Source of the DNA: Bacteroidota bacterium
Lineage (GTDB): Bacteria > Bacteroidota > Ignavibacteria > UBA10030 > UBA6906
DNA: 64,000 nucleotides
Direction: 5' to 3'
Assembly (NCBI GenBank): GCA_035687895.1
Contig: DASRUE010000106.1
Location: 8,696-72,695 of the forward strand
The notes beneath the pieces were generated by a model. The model made no database searches. It was not told the DNA's origin and was given only the letters and a program-made list of their open reading frames with translations. Position 1 is the first letter of the stretch. Every line of letters begins with the position of its first letter. This document shows, in pieces, positions 8,779 through 21,278 of the stretch. The translations under genes were made by a program, and so were the position numbers.

Positions 8779-11409
8779 TTACTTCCTTTTTGATTTCTTC
8801 GGTGGAGATGGCTGCGGTTTGGTTTTGCCGGCCTTTGCCGTTTTGGCCGCGGTCCCTTTCGGTTCCGGCTTCTTCTCTTCCTTCGCCTCATCGAACAGCG
8901 TGGCCTGCTCTGCGGCATCAGACTCTGCAACCTTTGCCGGTGGCGGCGTGATCTTCGCAGGCTCTCCGTTCGTCGGTTCTTCATCTTCCGGCACCACAAC
9001 GGCAACATCGGAGATGGTGTCGCCCTGGTCGAGCCTGATGAGACGGACACCCTGCGTGTTTCTTCCTGCCACACGGATCTCCGATGCATGCTGCCGGATA
9101 ACCATGCCTGCGTTTGTCACGATCACCACGTCCTCCCTCTCCACCACCTCCCGAATGGCCACCATCCTACCGGTTTTCTGCGTCGTCTTTACGGTGATGA
9201 TACCTTTGCCACCGCGGTGGCTGACACGATACTCCCCCGTTTCGCTCCGCTTGCCGTAGCCCTGATCTGTTGCAACGAGGATCGTCGTGCCGGCCCGCCA
9301 CAAGACTACTGCTCCAATCACACGGTCCTTCCCTTCCAGCTTGATTGCGCGAACGCCGGCCGCAGTCCGACCCATTGAGCGAACCTCCTGCTCATGGAAG
9401 CGAATTGCCACACCTTCCCGCGTCCCGATCACGATATCCTGCTTCCCGTCGGTGAGCCGGACATCGATAAGGCGGTCTCCCTTGTCGAGACCGATGGCTG
9501 CAATGCCGCTCTTCCGCGGGTTGCTGAACTCTGTCAATGCTGTTTTCTTGATCAGTCCCCGTTCGGTCACCATTATGACGAAAAGCGGGTCCTCGAAATT
9601 CTTGACCGTGACGTACGAGGCGAGCATCTCATCCTGTTCCTTGGCAATCAGGTTGGCAATGGATTTCCCTCGTGCAGCGCGGCTTGCTTCGGGGATCTCA
9701 AACACTTTCAGCCAGTAGCACCGGCCCTTGTTTGTAAACAGTAGCAGGTAGTCGTGTGTGGCTCCAACGAACATATGTTCAATGAAATCATCCTCCTTTG
9801 TCGACGCGCCGGTGCTTCCACGTCCACCCCGCGACTGTCTGCGGTACCCACTCACCGGGAAACGCTTGATGAACCCGCCGTGACTGATCGTGATGACCAC
9901 CTGTTCCTCGGCGATCATATCCTCGATCGTAAACTCCTCCGCCTTGTAGATGATCTCCGTTCGCCGTTCGTCGCCATACTTCTTCTTGATCTCGAGCAGC
10001 TCCTCCTTGATGATTTCCATCTGCAGCTGCTTGCTCTTGAGGATCGACTTCAGTTTCTCGATCAGCTTGATTGTCTCGCGGTACTCGTCCTCGATCTTCT
10101 TCCGCTCCAAGCCGGTCAGGCGCTGGAGGCGCATATCGAGGATGGCTTTCGCCTGGATCTCGGAGAGCTTGAATTTCTTCATCAAACCCGTCTTGGCAGT
10201 CTCGGTGTCTCTTGATGCCTTGATCAGCTTGATAATCGCGTCGATGTTGTCCAGCGCGATGATGTAGCCTTCGAGGATGTGGGCCCGCTTCTCCGCCTCA
10301 TCGAGCTCGTACTTCGAGCGGCGAACCACCACTTCATTCCGGTGGGCGATGAACTTCTCGATCATCTCCCGCAGCGTTAACACCTTTGGGCGACCTTCCA
10401 CCAACGACAGCATGATCACGCCGAAGGTGGTCTGCATCTGGGTGTGCTTGAAGAGGTTATTCAGGATAACCTCGGCGTTGGCATCCCGCTTCAATTCGAT
10501 CACGATTCGCATGCCGTCCCGGTCGGACTCGTCACGGATGTCGGAGATGTCATCCAGCTTTTTGTCGTTCACCAGATCGGCAATCTTCTCGATGAGGCTT
10601 GCCTTGTTGACCTGGTACGGGATCTCCGTCACCACGATGCTCTGGCGTTCGTTCTTTGCGGTTTCAATGTTGGCTTTGGCGCGGACAACAATGCGGCCGC
10701 GACCCGTGGTGTACGCCTCCTTCACGCCTTCGTAACCGTAAATGATTCCGCCTGTCGGGAAGTCCGGCGCCTTGATGAACTTCATCAGCTTTTCGTTGCT
10801 GATGTTCTCTTCCTTGATGAAGGCGATGCACCCGTCGATCACCTCCGTCAGGTTGTGGGGCGGGACGTTGGTTGCCATCCCCACCGCGATGCCGCTTGCC
10901 CCGTTGACAAGGAGGTTCGGGACCATGGCTGGAAGTACCGACGGCTCTTTCAGCGTATCGTCGAAGTTGGGCGTGAAGTCGACGGTGTTCTTCTCCAGGT
11001 CTTTCAGCATCTCCTCTGCAATGCGGGAGAGACGGGCCTCGGTGTATCGCATAGCCGCCGGCGAGTCGCCGTCCACAGAACCGAAGTTCCCCTGCCCATC
11101 GACGAGCGGATAGCGCATGGAGAAGTCTTGCGCCATGCGGACCATCGTGTCGTACACTGCGGTGTCGCCATGCGGGTGATACTTTCCGAGCACTTCACCC
11201 ACGATGCGCGCCGATTTCTTATACGGCCGGTTTGCCGCGAGTCCCAGATCCTGCATGCCGAATAGCACCCGCCGATGAACCGGCTTCAGGCCATCGCGCA
11301 CATCAGGGAGCGCACGCGCAACGATGACCGACATCGAGTAATCGATGTACGACCCCCGCATCTCGTCTTCGATGTCAACCGGGAGTATCTTCTCGTTCGC
11401 TGTTGCCAT
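8779..11409 (-). CDS. gyrA: DNA gyrase subunit A
   Basis: N-terminal [50 protein letters not shown]; catalytic-Tyr region and C-terminal beta-pinwheel repeats present. Ends in an unusual Lys/Pro-rich tail. Confidence 0.95.
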   Translation of the reverse strand: MATANEKILPVDIEDEMRGSYIDYSMSVIVARALPDVRDGLKPVHRRVLFGMQDLGLAANRPYKKSARIVGEVLGKYHPHGDTAVYDTMVRMAQDFSMRYPLVDGQGNFGSVDGDSPAAMRYTEARLSRIAEEMLKDLEKNTVDFTPNFDDTLKEPSVLPAMVPNLLVNGASGIAVGMATNVPPHNLTEVIDGCIAFIKEENISNEKLMKFIKAPDFPTGGIIYGYEGVKEAYTTGRGRIVVRAKANIETAKNERQSIVVTEIPYQVNKASLIEKIADLVNDKKLDDISDIRDESDRDGMRIVIELKRDANAEVILNNLFKHTQMQTTFGVIMLSLVEGRPKVLTLREMIEKFIAHRNEVVVRRSKYELDEAEKRAHILEGYIIALDNIDAIIKLIKASRDTETAKTGLMKKFKLSEIQAKAILDMRLQRLTGLERKKIEDEYRETIKLIEKLKSILKSKQLQMEIIKEELLEIKKKYGDERRTEIIYKAEEFTIEDMIAEEQVVITISHGGFIKRFPVSGYRRQSRGGRGSTGASTKEDDFIEHMFVGATHDYLLLFTNKGRCYWLKVFEIPEASRAARGKSIANLIAKEQDEMLASYVTVKNFEDPLFVIMVTERGLIKKTALTEFSNPRKSGIAAIGLDKGDRLIDVRLTDGKQDIVIGTREGVAIRFHEQEVRSMGRTAAGVRAIKLEGKDRVIGAVVLWRAGTTILVATDQGYGKRSETGEYRVSHRGGKGIITVKTTQKTGRMVAIREVVEREDVVIVTNAGMVIRQHASEIRVAGRNTQGVRLIRLDQGDTISDVAVVVPEDEEPTNGEPAKITPPPAKVAESDAAEQATLFDEAKEEKKPEPKGTAAKTAKAGKTKPQPSPPKKSKRK

Positions 11410-11442
11410 TACTTGTCTTTCTCGTTCAATGTCATGTGTCTA

Positions 11443-13518
<2,076 letters not shown>

Positions 13519-13529
13519 CTACTGAGTTG

Positions 13530-13832
13530 TTATCGAAACCTAATGTCTTTGACGATCCTGTTACCCATTGCAGCGTTGATTTTTTTGATAATTTCTCGCC
13601 TCATCATCGTCAACTCTGCCCGCCAGGGTGCACTTGCCACACTCACAAACAGGATCCCGTTTTCCATCCGTTGTGCCTTTGCTACCTTGGCAATCTTCTC
13701 TCCAACAATCGCGTCCCACGACGTAATGACGTCGTACTGGCGGAGCGTCCTCGTAATCCCAAGCTGTCGGACGAGTGTTCCTAAGGCCTGACCGAAAGAC
13801 TCGGGAACGGATTTTGTCTCTCTACTCCTCAC
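13530..13832 (-). CDS. DUF721-family protein (DciA/YaaA-like), conserved between recF and gyrB
   Basis: 100 aa; its position between recF and gyrB and its size and sequence pattern are typical of DUF721. Confidence 0.65.
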   Translation of the reverse strand: MRSRETKSVPESFGQALGTLVRQLGITRTLRQYDVITSWDAIVGEKIAKVAKAQRMENGILFVSVASAPWRAELTMMRREIIKKINAAMGNRIVKDIRFR

Positions 13833-14955
13833 GACATGTACCTTTGTCGATAAAGAATCGCTTGTTTTGTCCGGACGATATCATGCTTCCGGCAAACATC
13901 GCGTCGTCTGTTGTTGTCACGATTGTTTGGCTGAGGGTTCCCAGAAGGTTCACAATTCTCCTGCTCCGCTCCTGATCCAGTTCGCTGAAAAGATCATCCA
14001 GAAGGAACATCGGCGACTCACCCCTGCGATCCTTGAGGTAAAAGAACTCGGCAACCTTCAGAGCGACAAGGAGCGTCTTGTGTTGCCCCTGCGAAGCATA
14101 TCGCTGTGCGCTGATCCCGTTGATGAAAAGAGAGAGGTCGTCTCTGTGGGGACCAACCAGTGTTGCCCCCCTTCGAATCTCGTCTGCTCCACGGGCAGCA
14201 ACCTCTCCGAGAAGCACTTCAGTGATCCTCTCGAGTGTGCTTTCCTTTGTAATTCCCTTGAGCGATTCATATTTGAGGTCGACTTCCTCGTTGCCCGAAA
14301 CCAGTTCTCCGTATGCGTCCAATAGAAATTTGTGAAACTCTTCAACGAACAGCAGCCGTCGCTGCACAATCCTGCTACCGTGGTTCGCCAGGTTGATGGT
14401 CCACGGTTCGAGTGCAGACGGGCCGGGAGTTCCACCTCTGCTTTTTGCCTCAAACAAAATTCTGTTTCTCTGCCTCAGTACCCGGCGATACTCAAGCAGG
14501 TCTACCAGATAAGACCGACTCAACTGCGCCAGCACCAAGTCGATGAACTTCCGGCGCTCCGCAGGCGGCCCAAACGTGATCGCTCCATTCTCCGGCGAGA
14601 GAACCACCACCGGAAATCTCCCTATCACCGAGGCGAGGTTTTCCGGACGCGCCCCGTTGATCGTGAACTGCTTCTGTGCGGTTGTTTTATCATACACAAC
14701 CCGGACTTCATGCGTTGATCCTGAGCCAGCGGAAATGATCCCACGGACATCAAAAAAATCTGTGCCGAGTTGAACCGTTGTTGCGTCGGAGGCAGCATAA
14801 AAACTCTTGGTCAGGCTGAGGAAGGATATTGCTTCAAGTATGTTTGTCTTACCCTGTCCGTTTCTGCCAAGCAGCAGGTTCATCCCCGATCCAAACGTAC
14901 ACTCGCTGTTGCGGTGGTTACGGAAGTTCCGAACACTCAGTCCAACGATATTCAT
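13822..14955 (-). CDS. recF: DNA replication/repair protein RecF
   Basis: Walker A GRNGQGKTNILEAI and the SMC-like signature near the C-terminus (LFLLDDLFSELD). Confidence 0.9.
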   Translation of the reverse strand: MNIVGLSVRNFRNHRNSECTFGSGMNLLLGRNGQGKTNILEAISFLSLTKSFYAASDATTVQLGTDFFDVRGIISAGSGSTHEVRVVYDKTTAQKQFTINGARPENLASVIGRFPVVVLSPENGAITFGPPAERRKFIDLVLAQLSRSYLVDLLEYRRVLRQRNRILFEAKSRGGTPGPSALEPWTINLANHGSRIVQRRLLFVEEFHKFLLDAYGELVSGNEEVDLKYESLKGITKESTLERITEVLLGEVAARGADEIRRGATLVGPHRDDLSLFINGISAQRYASQGQHKTLLVALKVAEFFYLKDRRGESPMFLLDDLFSELDQERSRRIVNLLGTLSQTIVTTTDDAMFAGSMISSGQNKRFFIDKGTCREE

Positions 14956-14980
14956 TCAAGCGTGGTGCACATTTAATGCG

Positions 14981-15005
14981 GTAGCCCCGGTGTTAACGGG
15001 GCTAC
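14981..15005. other. GC-rich 9-bp stem-loop between dnaN and recF
   Basis: GTAGCCCCG-gtgttaa-CGGGGCTAC perfect inverted repeat in the 80-bp dnaN-recF spacer, with no flanking U-run. Confidence 0.3.
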
Positions 15006-15035
15006 GCTCTTGTCCAGCCGTTTCAGGAACAAGCT

Positions 15036-16154
15036 TCAACTGTTCAACCTCACCGGCATTACAAGCATAACGACGTCCTCCTGGGGTGCCGGACCCGCCG
15101 GAGAGACGATTCCTGCCCGAGTAGATGTGCTGAACTTGAACGCAACCTGGTCGCCATCAAGATGTGTGAGGATGTCAAGCACGTAGGTTGAATTAAACCC
15201 AATATCCAGATCGTCGTCAGTATAATCGCATGGTATTGTCTCTTTTGCCTCTCCGCCGAAGTCGATATCCTGGGCGCTCAACGTCAGTGCGCCTTTCCTG
15301 ACGCTGAACTTGATCTGGTGTGTTGTTGAGCTTGCATACAGCGAAACACGTCGGATAGAATCTACTGTTGCCTGACGCGCAACCGTCATGGTTTTCTGAT
15401 TGTCCAGGGGAATAACGCTCTCGTAATTTGGATACGTTTCATCAATCAATCGAGATATCAGAACGCTCCTGTCAAACTGAACCTTGAGGTGCGTTTCACT
15501 TACACTGAGTGTCGTATCACCGCTCTCGATGGACTTTCCAATAATGTTGAGGGCTTTTGCCGGAATGATAACATCGTGCTTCAGCGGTGTGGCGCTTGAT
15601 AATTTGTGAACATACTTGACTAAACGATGACCATCCGTTGCGACTGCACGCACATCTCCACCTTTGGGCTGCAACAAGACTCCCATCATTGCCGGCCGTA
15701 ATTCATCCGTACTCACGGCAAAGGATGTACGATGAATTATTCTTCTCAACGAGGCGCTATCCATTACAACGTCATCTACTCCCTTGAATTGCGGTAGTGG
15801 CGGAAATTCCTTGGCACTTTCTCCCGTTAATGCAAACTCACCATTGCTCGTCGTTATCTTGATCTTATTGGTAGTAATATCGGCCATAACTATAGGTTCG
15901 GTCTTTTCCGGAAGTGACCGTATTGTGTCCATTAATCTCTTTGCAGGAATTGCAATATGTCCATCCTCTGACCCCTTTACTTCCAGCGTTGCTGTAATGG
16001 ATACATCCATGTCTGTTGCGGTGAGAGTAAGTGTGTTATTGAGAATATTGAATAATATATTCTCAAGAATTGGGAGCGTTGATTTTGAAGGAACAACAAC
16101 ACCGACTTTGGCAAGTGAGCGCTGAAGGTCTGCGCTGTTAGCGGCGAATTTCAT
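15036..16154 (-). CDS. dnaN: DNA polymerase III beta sliding clamp
   Basis: MKFAANSADLQRSLAKV...LPILENILFNI.. has the three-domain clamp architecture; lies downstream of dnaA. Confidence 0.9.
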   Translation of the reverse strand: MKFAANSADLQRSLAKVGVVVPSKSTLPILENILFNILNNTLTLTATDMDVSITATLEVKGSEDGHIAIPAKRLMDTIRSLPEKTEPIVMADITTNKIKITTSNGEFALTGESAKEFPPLPQFKGVDDVVMDSASLRRIIHRTSFAVSTDELRPAMMGVLLQPKGGDVRAVATDGHRLVKYVHKLSSATPLKHDVIIPAKALNIIGKSIESGDTTLSVSETHLKVQFDRSVLISRLIDETYPNYESVIPLDNQKTMTVARQATVDSIRRVSLYASSTTHQIKFSVRKGALTLSAQDIDFGGEAKETIPCDYTDDDLDIGFNSTYVLDILTHLDGDQVAFKFSTSTRAGIVSPAGPAPQEDVVMLVMPVRLNS

Positions 16155-16591
16155 TTATGCTCTCCTCGGAGGGAAAAGTGAATGCTGGGGGGTGAATTGA
16201 CCTTTCCATTCCTATCATGTAAAACCTATCTAATTTAGGTCTTTTTTGAATGAAATACAATTATGGCTATGGAAAATCCCCTACGAAATATGCTTGTTTG
16301 TTGAGCTGATATTATTATTGATCTTCCTATATTTTAAGAATAAGATTTGTTATAAGAACGGTGGATATGTTAGTAAAGATGAAATCAAAACGCTGGTGTT
16401 GCACGAAATAATTAAATGTGTAGAAATCTTCAAGGAAGAGATGAAGTATACGGATGTGGAAAAGAAGAATGTTGTGCACTATTAATAACAGCAGAAAAGG
16501 GGAACGTAAATCTGAGAGTACTTCAGCAACAAATCATTCACCACTATTCACAGGGAATCAACATAAACGCACATAGTTTATTCACCGGCAA
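16155..16591. other. candidate oriC / DNA-unwinding element (AT-rich dnaA-dnaN spacer with DnaA-box-like 9-mers)
   Basis: Visibly AT-rich 437-bp spacer. 9-mers within 1-2 mismatches of TTATCCACA or its complement: TGTGGAAAA 16455-16463, GGTGGATAT 16360-16368, CTATTCACA 16544-16552, TTATTCACC 16578-16586. Confidence 0.45.
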
Positions 16592-18109
16592 TTATACACG
16601 ACCGAGGAGATTAAGTTTTCGACGTATTTGCTGTACGTTCGATTGATACTTGCTATCGACATGCATTTGGTCTTCAACTGATTGATAGGCATGAATGACC
16701 GTACTATGATCTCGGCCACCAAAGTGAAGGCCAATTGTTTTGAGTGATGAGTTGGTAAGTTCCTTTGCCAGGTACATTGCCACCTGCCGGGCATTGACAA
16801 CTTCTTGTTTGCGCGTCTTTGCACGAATAAGATCTTCCGGTATCCCAAAGTAGTCACAGACAACACGTTGAATTTCTTCAATAGTTATAGGTGATTTGAT
16901 GTCACCGACAACAACCTTCAAAACTTCACGGGCGAGGTCGAGCGTAATTTCCCTTCCCTCAAGCGAGGCCTTTGCTAGAAGACTGATCAGACAGCCTTCA
17001 AGTTCCCTAATGTTTGTTGTTACGTTCGCGGCAATGCATTCAACCACGTCCTGAGCAAGCTCAATGTTGTCGTCCTGGCTTTTTTTCCTGAGGATGGCAA
17101 TGCGCGTTTCAAGATCGGGGGGCTGAATATCCGAAGTCAACCCCCACTGAAAACGGGAGAGAAGGCGATCATCAAGGCCCTTGAGTTCTTTTGGCGGCCG
17201 GTCAGAGGAAAGAACGATCTGTTTTCCGATCTGGTGCAGTTCGTTGAATGTGTGGAAGAAATTGTCTTGTGTCTTTTCCTTTCCGGAGAAAAATTGGATA
17301 TCGTCAACAATCAGAATATCCATGCTTCGGTAGAAGCTCGAGAAGTCACTTATTCTGTCACCCTGAATGGCGTCCACAAACTCAACAGTGAACTTCTCGC
17401 TAGAAACATAAATGACTCTTTTGGCCTTACCGTTGCTAAGAGCAAAATTGCCAATTGCCTGCATGAGGTGCGTTTTTCCAAGACCGGTTCCCCCATAAAT
17501 CACGAGTGGATTGAATGAGGTGCCGCCGGGATTGTTTGCCACAGCCGAGGCTGCGGCGCGCGCAAGCTGGTTACTGTCCCCTTTTATGAAGTTATCAAAC
17601 GTGTACCGTGGATTTAGAAAGCTCTGGACGGAATCAGCCCCCTCAGAACGGATATCAGGACCGGTTGACCGTACCCGGAATGATGCTGGCTGGGGCGGGT
17701 AAACACGCCTCTCCAGTCTCTGTGCCTGGGGCTCTGCCGGCTGATAGTCAAGTTCGATGGGTGATTCATCTTTACGAATCGCATATTCAAGCTTGGCATC
17801 ATGGCCTAGAACACGCAGGATCACGTTGTTTATCATCCCATAGTAATGCTCCTCAAGCCAATCATAGAAAAACTGGCTGGGCACCTGAATCGTGAGTTTG
17901 CCTGCATTCAGACTGAGAGGAATGATAGGCTCGAACCAGGTCTTGAAGCTCTGAGTGTTCACATTCTCCTTTACCAGATCAAGACAAGCAGTCCAAACAA
18001 AACGCGCTTGTTCAACTTCTGTTGGTTGCGCAAGATCGTTTCCAGTGTTCATAGAGCGTTCAGCGAGAAAGTTATCAACAGAGAAGTCGTCGGTTGTCAA
18101 CAATTCCAT
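16592..18109 (-). CDS. dnaA: chromosomal replication initiator DnaA
   Basis: AAA+ Walker A GGTGLGKTHLMQAIGN, Walker B ILIVDDIQF, sensor motifs and the C-terminal DNA-binding domain. ATG at 18109 (MELLTTDDF..); the track TTG at 18115 is in frame. Confidence 0.95.
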   Translation of the reverse strand: MELLTTDDFSVDNFLAERSMNTGNDLAQPTEVEQARFVWTACLDLVKENVNTQSFKTWFEPIIPLSLNAGKLTIQVPSQFFYDWLEEHYYGMINNVILRVLGHDAKLEYAIRKDESPIELDYQPAEPQAQRLERRVYPPQPASFRVRSTGPDIRSEGADSVQSFLNPRYTFDNFIKGDSNQLARAAASAVANNPGGTSFNPLVIYGGTGLGKTHLMQAIGNFALSNGKAKRVIYVSSEKFTVEFVDAIQGDRISDFSSFYRSMDILIVDDIQFFSGKEKTQDNFFHTFNELHQIGKQIVLSSDRPPKELKGLDDRLLSRFQWGLTSDIQPPDLETRIAILRKKSQDDNIELAQDVVECIAANVTTNIRELEGCLISLLAKASLEGREITLDLAREVLKVVVGDIKSPITIEEIQRVVCDYFGIPEDLIRAKTRKQEVVNARQVAMYLAKELTNSSLKTIGLHFGGRDHSTVIHAYQSVEDQMHVDSKYQSNVQQIRRKLNLLGRV

Positions 18110-18115
18110 CAACAA

Positions 18116-18530
18116 TCACATTTAAGATGGCTTTTGTGTTTGAAAGATCTTCAACAGATATCCACATTTCCCAGAAGTGAGGAATAGCCAAGCAAGAGCA
18201 AGGAACGGAGGTTCTCAATCAAGAAGAAGGAGTTATTCACCGAAGATGATAGAGCATTCAACGGTTTGAGAATCAGGGACAGCAGAAGGCCGAACCTTGC
18301 TCACACGTTATCAACAATAGAAAGTGGCTCAGATGACCCTTGAATTATACAACATGATTCGGCGGTTCGCAAGGTCAAAATGATTGAAGCGGGAAAAACT
18401 CCTTGTTTATGTGGCACATTTTTCCTACCTTGTTTGCAAAGCAGTTTTCGTCGAGGCGCCCGCGGTACTTCTGCAGATATGCAGAAGCCCACCTTTCGTC
18501 CGAACCCAAAGTAAAACAGGAGCTGGTTTC
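18116..18530. promoter_or_regulatory. dnaA/rpmH divergent control region with DnaA-box-like sites (second candidate oriC segment)
   Basis: ATATCCACA at 18158-18166 and TTATCAACA at 18308-18316 (each 1 mismatch to TTATCCACA), TTATTCACC at 18234-18242, and the perfect palindrome CTTCTGCA-gata-TGCAGAAG at 18468-18487. Confidence 0.4.
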
Positions 18531-18677
18531 ATGAAGCGAACATTTCAGCCACACAATCGCAAGCGGAAGAATACGCACGGGTTCCGTGAGCGGATGTCTA
18601 CAAAGAACGGGCGGCGCGTTCTGGCGGCTCGGCGCGCAAAAGGTCGGCACAAGCTTACCGTTAGCGATGAGCGTTGA
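18531..18677 (+). CDS. rpmH: 50S ribosomal protein L34
   Basis: [48 protein letters not shown] is the canonical L34; SD AACAGGAG upstream. Confidence 0.9.
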   Translation: MKRTFQPHNRKRKNTHGFRERMSTKNGRRVLAARRAKGRHKLTVSDER

Positions 18678-18716
18678 TCGGTCCGGAAGACGGGACCGAT
18701 GGTTGCGTGTTGCTGA

Positions 18717-19097
18717 GTGAGAGTGGAAACCCTTCGCGGTCGAGATAGCTTCAGGCGCACAATCCTTTCAGGTGAACGAATTGAAGGTGAGTTGGTGCGC
18801 TTTTTCATTTTTCGGCATGTCAACGGATCGGGTCGACTAAGAGTTGGTGTTGCTATTTCTGGTAAGGTTGGGGGGGCGGTGAAGCGCAACCGGTTGAAAC
18901 GAGTGATGAGAGAATCCCTTCGCAATGGTCTTAAGAAAGCGACCGCGCACCCAACCGGATCGGCGGATTACGACATTGTGGCTATGTTCCGCTTGTCTAA
19001 GACGTTAGCGACAAAGAGAACAGCTCCGGTGATGTTTGAACCGGAGGTGCTATTGTTGTGCCGGTCACTTGAGATAATGGAACGGAGGGTCGGATGA
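18717..19097 (+). CDS. rnpA: ribonuclease P protein component
   Basis: Basic ~125-aa protein with the RNR motif region ([18 protein letters not shown]), immediately after rpmH; GTG start. Confidence 0.85.
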   Translation: MRVETLRGRDSFRRTILSGERIEGELVRFFIFRHVNGSGRLRVGVAISGKVGGAVKRNRLKRVMRESLRNGLKKATAHPTGSADYDIVAMFRLSKTLATKRTAPVMFEPEVLLLCRSLEIMERRVG

Positions 19098-19303
19098 CCA
19101 GAATTATCATTCAGTTTCTCCGCGTCTATCGATTTGTTATCTCACCCCTGTTGCCACCAAACACATGTCGGTTCTACCCCACATGCTCTCAGTATGCTAT
19201 CGATGCAGTCCGGAGATATGGCCCCATTAAAGGATCGTGGCTCTCCATGAAACGCATCGTCAAGTGTCACCCATACCATCCAGGCGGGTTTGATCCCGCC
19301 TAA
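19094..19303 (+). CDS. yidD: membrane protein insertion efficiency factor YidD
   Basis: 69 aa with the conserved YidD motif ..[46 protein letters not shown]. Confidence 0.85.
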   Translation: MTRIIIQFLRVYRFVISPLLPPNTCRFYPTCSQYAIDAVRRYGPIKGSWLSMKRIVKCHPYHPGGFDPA

Positions 19304-19350
19304 TGCAGCGCGCCCCCCCCCACCGATCAAGAGTTTGGAGAGTCACAGAC

Positions 19351-21141
19351 ATGGATAAGCAAACTACATTAGGGTTCATTCTCATCGGATTGGTTCTGAT
19401 TGTTTGGATGTGGATACAGACCCCCCCACCCGCAGAACGTCAACAACAAGTTGACACAACCAAGGCGATTCAAGCCACTCCCCAACCCGTGATACCACCG
19501 ACAGAATCTCATTCGCCACACTCCACGTCCTCAACAAACCAAGATTCCTTGGGACGTTTCTTCTCCCATCTCGCCGCCGGCAAGGAGAATGTCCTGATTG
19601 TCGAAACAGACAGGTATGTGGCCGAGGTAACCACCAGAGGCGGATTGATCAGAAGGTGGGAGCTGAAGGACTACAAAACATGGGACCAAAACAAAGTAGA
19701 ACTCATAGATGGTAGGCATGGTGGCGATCTCAGTCTCCTATTTACTACAACAGACGGGAAACTGATTAATACACGCAACCTTTTCTTTTCTGGAAAGTTA
19801 CCCAACTGGAGGCGAGTTGTGTTGAAGGGGGAGGACTCGTTTTCGTTCCAGTTGGAGCTTGAGCCGGAGCCCGGGAAGAAAATTATCAAGGAATTTGTAT
19901 TCACGAATGGAAAGTATTCGTTGGAAGTAGATTTCAAGATGAGCAATATGCAGAGCGTGATCGCAAATTATGAATACCAGATAACATGGGAAACGGGGCT
20001 CCGGTACGCCGAGCGAAACAGCGTGGACGAGTCAAATTTTGCCAAAGCGTTTGCCTATTCAGGCGGTGAATTGACTGAAGCAGACGCCACCAGTGTTGGC
20101 GAAGTCGTCAAAAAGGAGATAAACGGGTCCACGAGTTGGGTCTCAACGCGAACCAAGTACTTCGCAGTTGCACTACTTCCGGAAGAAGGGAAATGTCAAG
20201 GTGCTTATCTTGAGGGAATACACCTTCCTCAACCGGATCGCGGTGTCAAAGAAGACTACTCCATAAGTCTAAAAATGCCTTACAAGGGCGAACAACTGGA
20301 GCAATCAAGAGTAACCGTTTTCCTGGGACCGCTGGATTATGATGTCGTCAAGTCGTACAACCGCGGACTCGATCAAGTAATGAGTCTTGGGTTCGCTTGG
20401 GTGATCCGTCCGATCACCGAGTTTGTAATGATACCCCTCTTCCAGGTTCTGAAGATGTTTATCCCGAACTTCGGGTTTGTTATCATCGTTTTCTCCATCA
20501 TCATAAAGCTCGCGTTGCATCCGTTGACGAAAACAAGTATGCGATCGATGAAAAGGATGCAAGCGCTCCAACCCTTGATGAACGAGCTCCGCGAGAAATA
20601 CAAAGATGATCCGCAGAAGATGAATCAGCAGGTTATGAATCTGTACAAAGAGTACGGCGTGAATCCGGCCGCGGGGTGCCTACCTTTGTTGTTGCAGATG
20701 CCGATTCTCTTTGCGCTCTACTCTGTATTCCAATCCTCGATCGAGTTGCGCCAGGCAAGCTTCGTCTGGTGGATTCACGATCTCTCCATTCCGGATTCGA
20801 TTCTGAAGCTGCCGTTCTCTATTCCATTGTTTGGCATAACGGAAGTAAGCGGACTTGCTTTGGCGATGGGGATTACGATGTTCATTCAACAGAAGATGAC
20901 AGTCACAGACCCACGGCAAAAGGCGATGGTCTGGATGATGCCGGTAATGATGACACTTTTGTTCAACAGTTTCCCCTCGGGGCTCAACCTGTATTATTTC
21001 GTGTTCAACATACTCTCAATTGGTCAGCAGGTATGGATTACCAAACACCATGGCGATGAACCACTGAGGAAGGTAGATCCAAAAAAGGGTTCTAAGGGTA
21101 TCATGGCTCGCCTGACAAAGGACCTTCCGAAACTCAAATGA
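19351..21141 (+). CDS. yidC: membrane protein insertase YidC
   Basis: N-terminal TM, large periplasmic domain and a C-terminal 5-TM core with conserved ..YKEYGVNPAAGCLPLLLQMPILFALY... ATG at 19351; the track start 19303 is in frame. Confidence 0.9.
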   Translation: MDKQTTLGFILIGLVLIVWMWIQTPPPAERQQQVDTTKAIQATPQPVIPPTESHSPHSTSSTNQDSLGRFFSHLAAGKENVLIVETDRYVAEVTTRGGLIRRWELKDYKTWDQNKVELIDGRHGGDLSLLFTTTDGKLINTRNLFFSGKLPNWRRVVLKGEDSFSFQLELEPEPGKKIIKEFVFTNGKYSLEVDFKMSNMQSVIANYEYQITWETGLRYAERNSVDESNFAKAFAYSGGELTEADATSVGEVVKKEINGSTSWVSTRTKYFAVALLPEEGKCQGAYLEGIHLPQPDRGVKEDYSISLKMPYKGEQLEQSRVTVFLGPLDYDVVKSYNRGLDQVMSLGFAWVIRPITEFVMIPLFQVLKMFIPNFGFVIIVFSIIIKLALHPLTKTSMRSMKRMQALQPLMNELREKYKDDPQKMNQQVMNLYKEYGVNPAAGCLPLLLQMPILFALYSVFQSSIELRQASFVWWIHDLSIPDSILKLPFSIPLFGITEVSGLALAMGITMFIQQKMTVTDPRQKAMVWMMPVMMTLLFNSFPSGLNLYYFVFNILSIGQQVWITKHHGDEPLRKVDPKKGSKGIMARLTKDLPKLK

Positions 21142-21177
21142 CAGGTTGATTCTTCAAACGCGTTACAGCGAACTCAA

Positions 21178-21207
21178 AGGCCCGTCGAAACCAACGGGCT
21201 TTTTTTG
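21178..21207 (+). terminator. rho-independent terminator after yidC
   Basis: GCCCG-tcgaaaccaa-CGGGC hairpin followed by TTTTTTT. Confidence 0.6.
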
Positions 21208-21278
21208 TTTGTTGATACTCACGCCGAAAATTTGTACGTTCTCCTCACCATTTGTCGTCCCATCTCTCCTTTCGGCCA

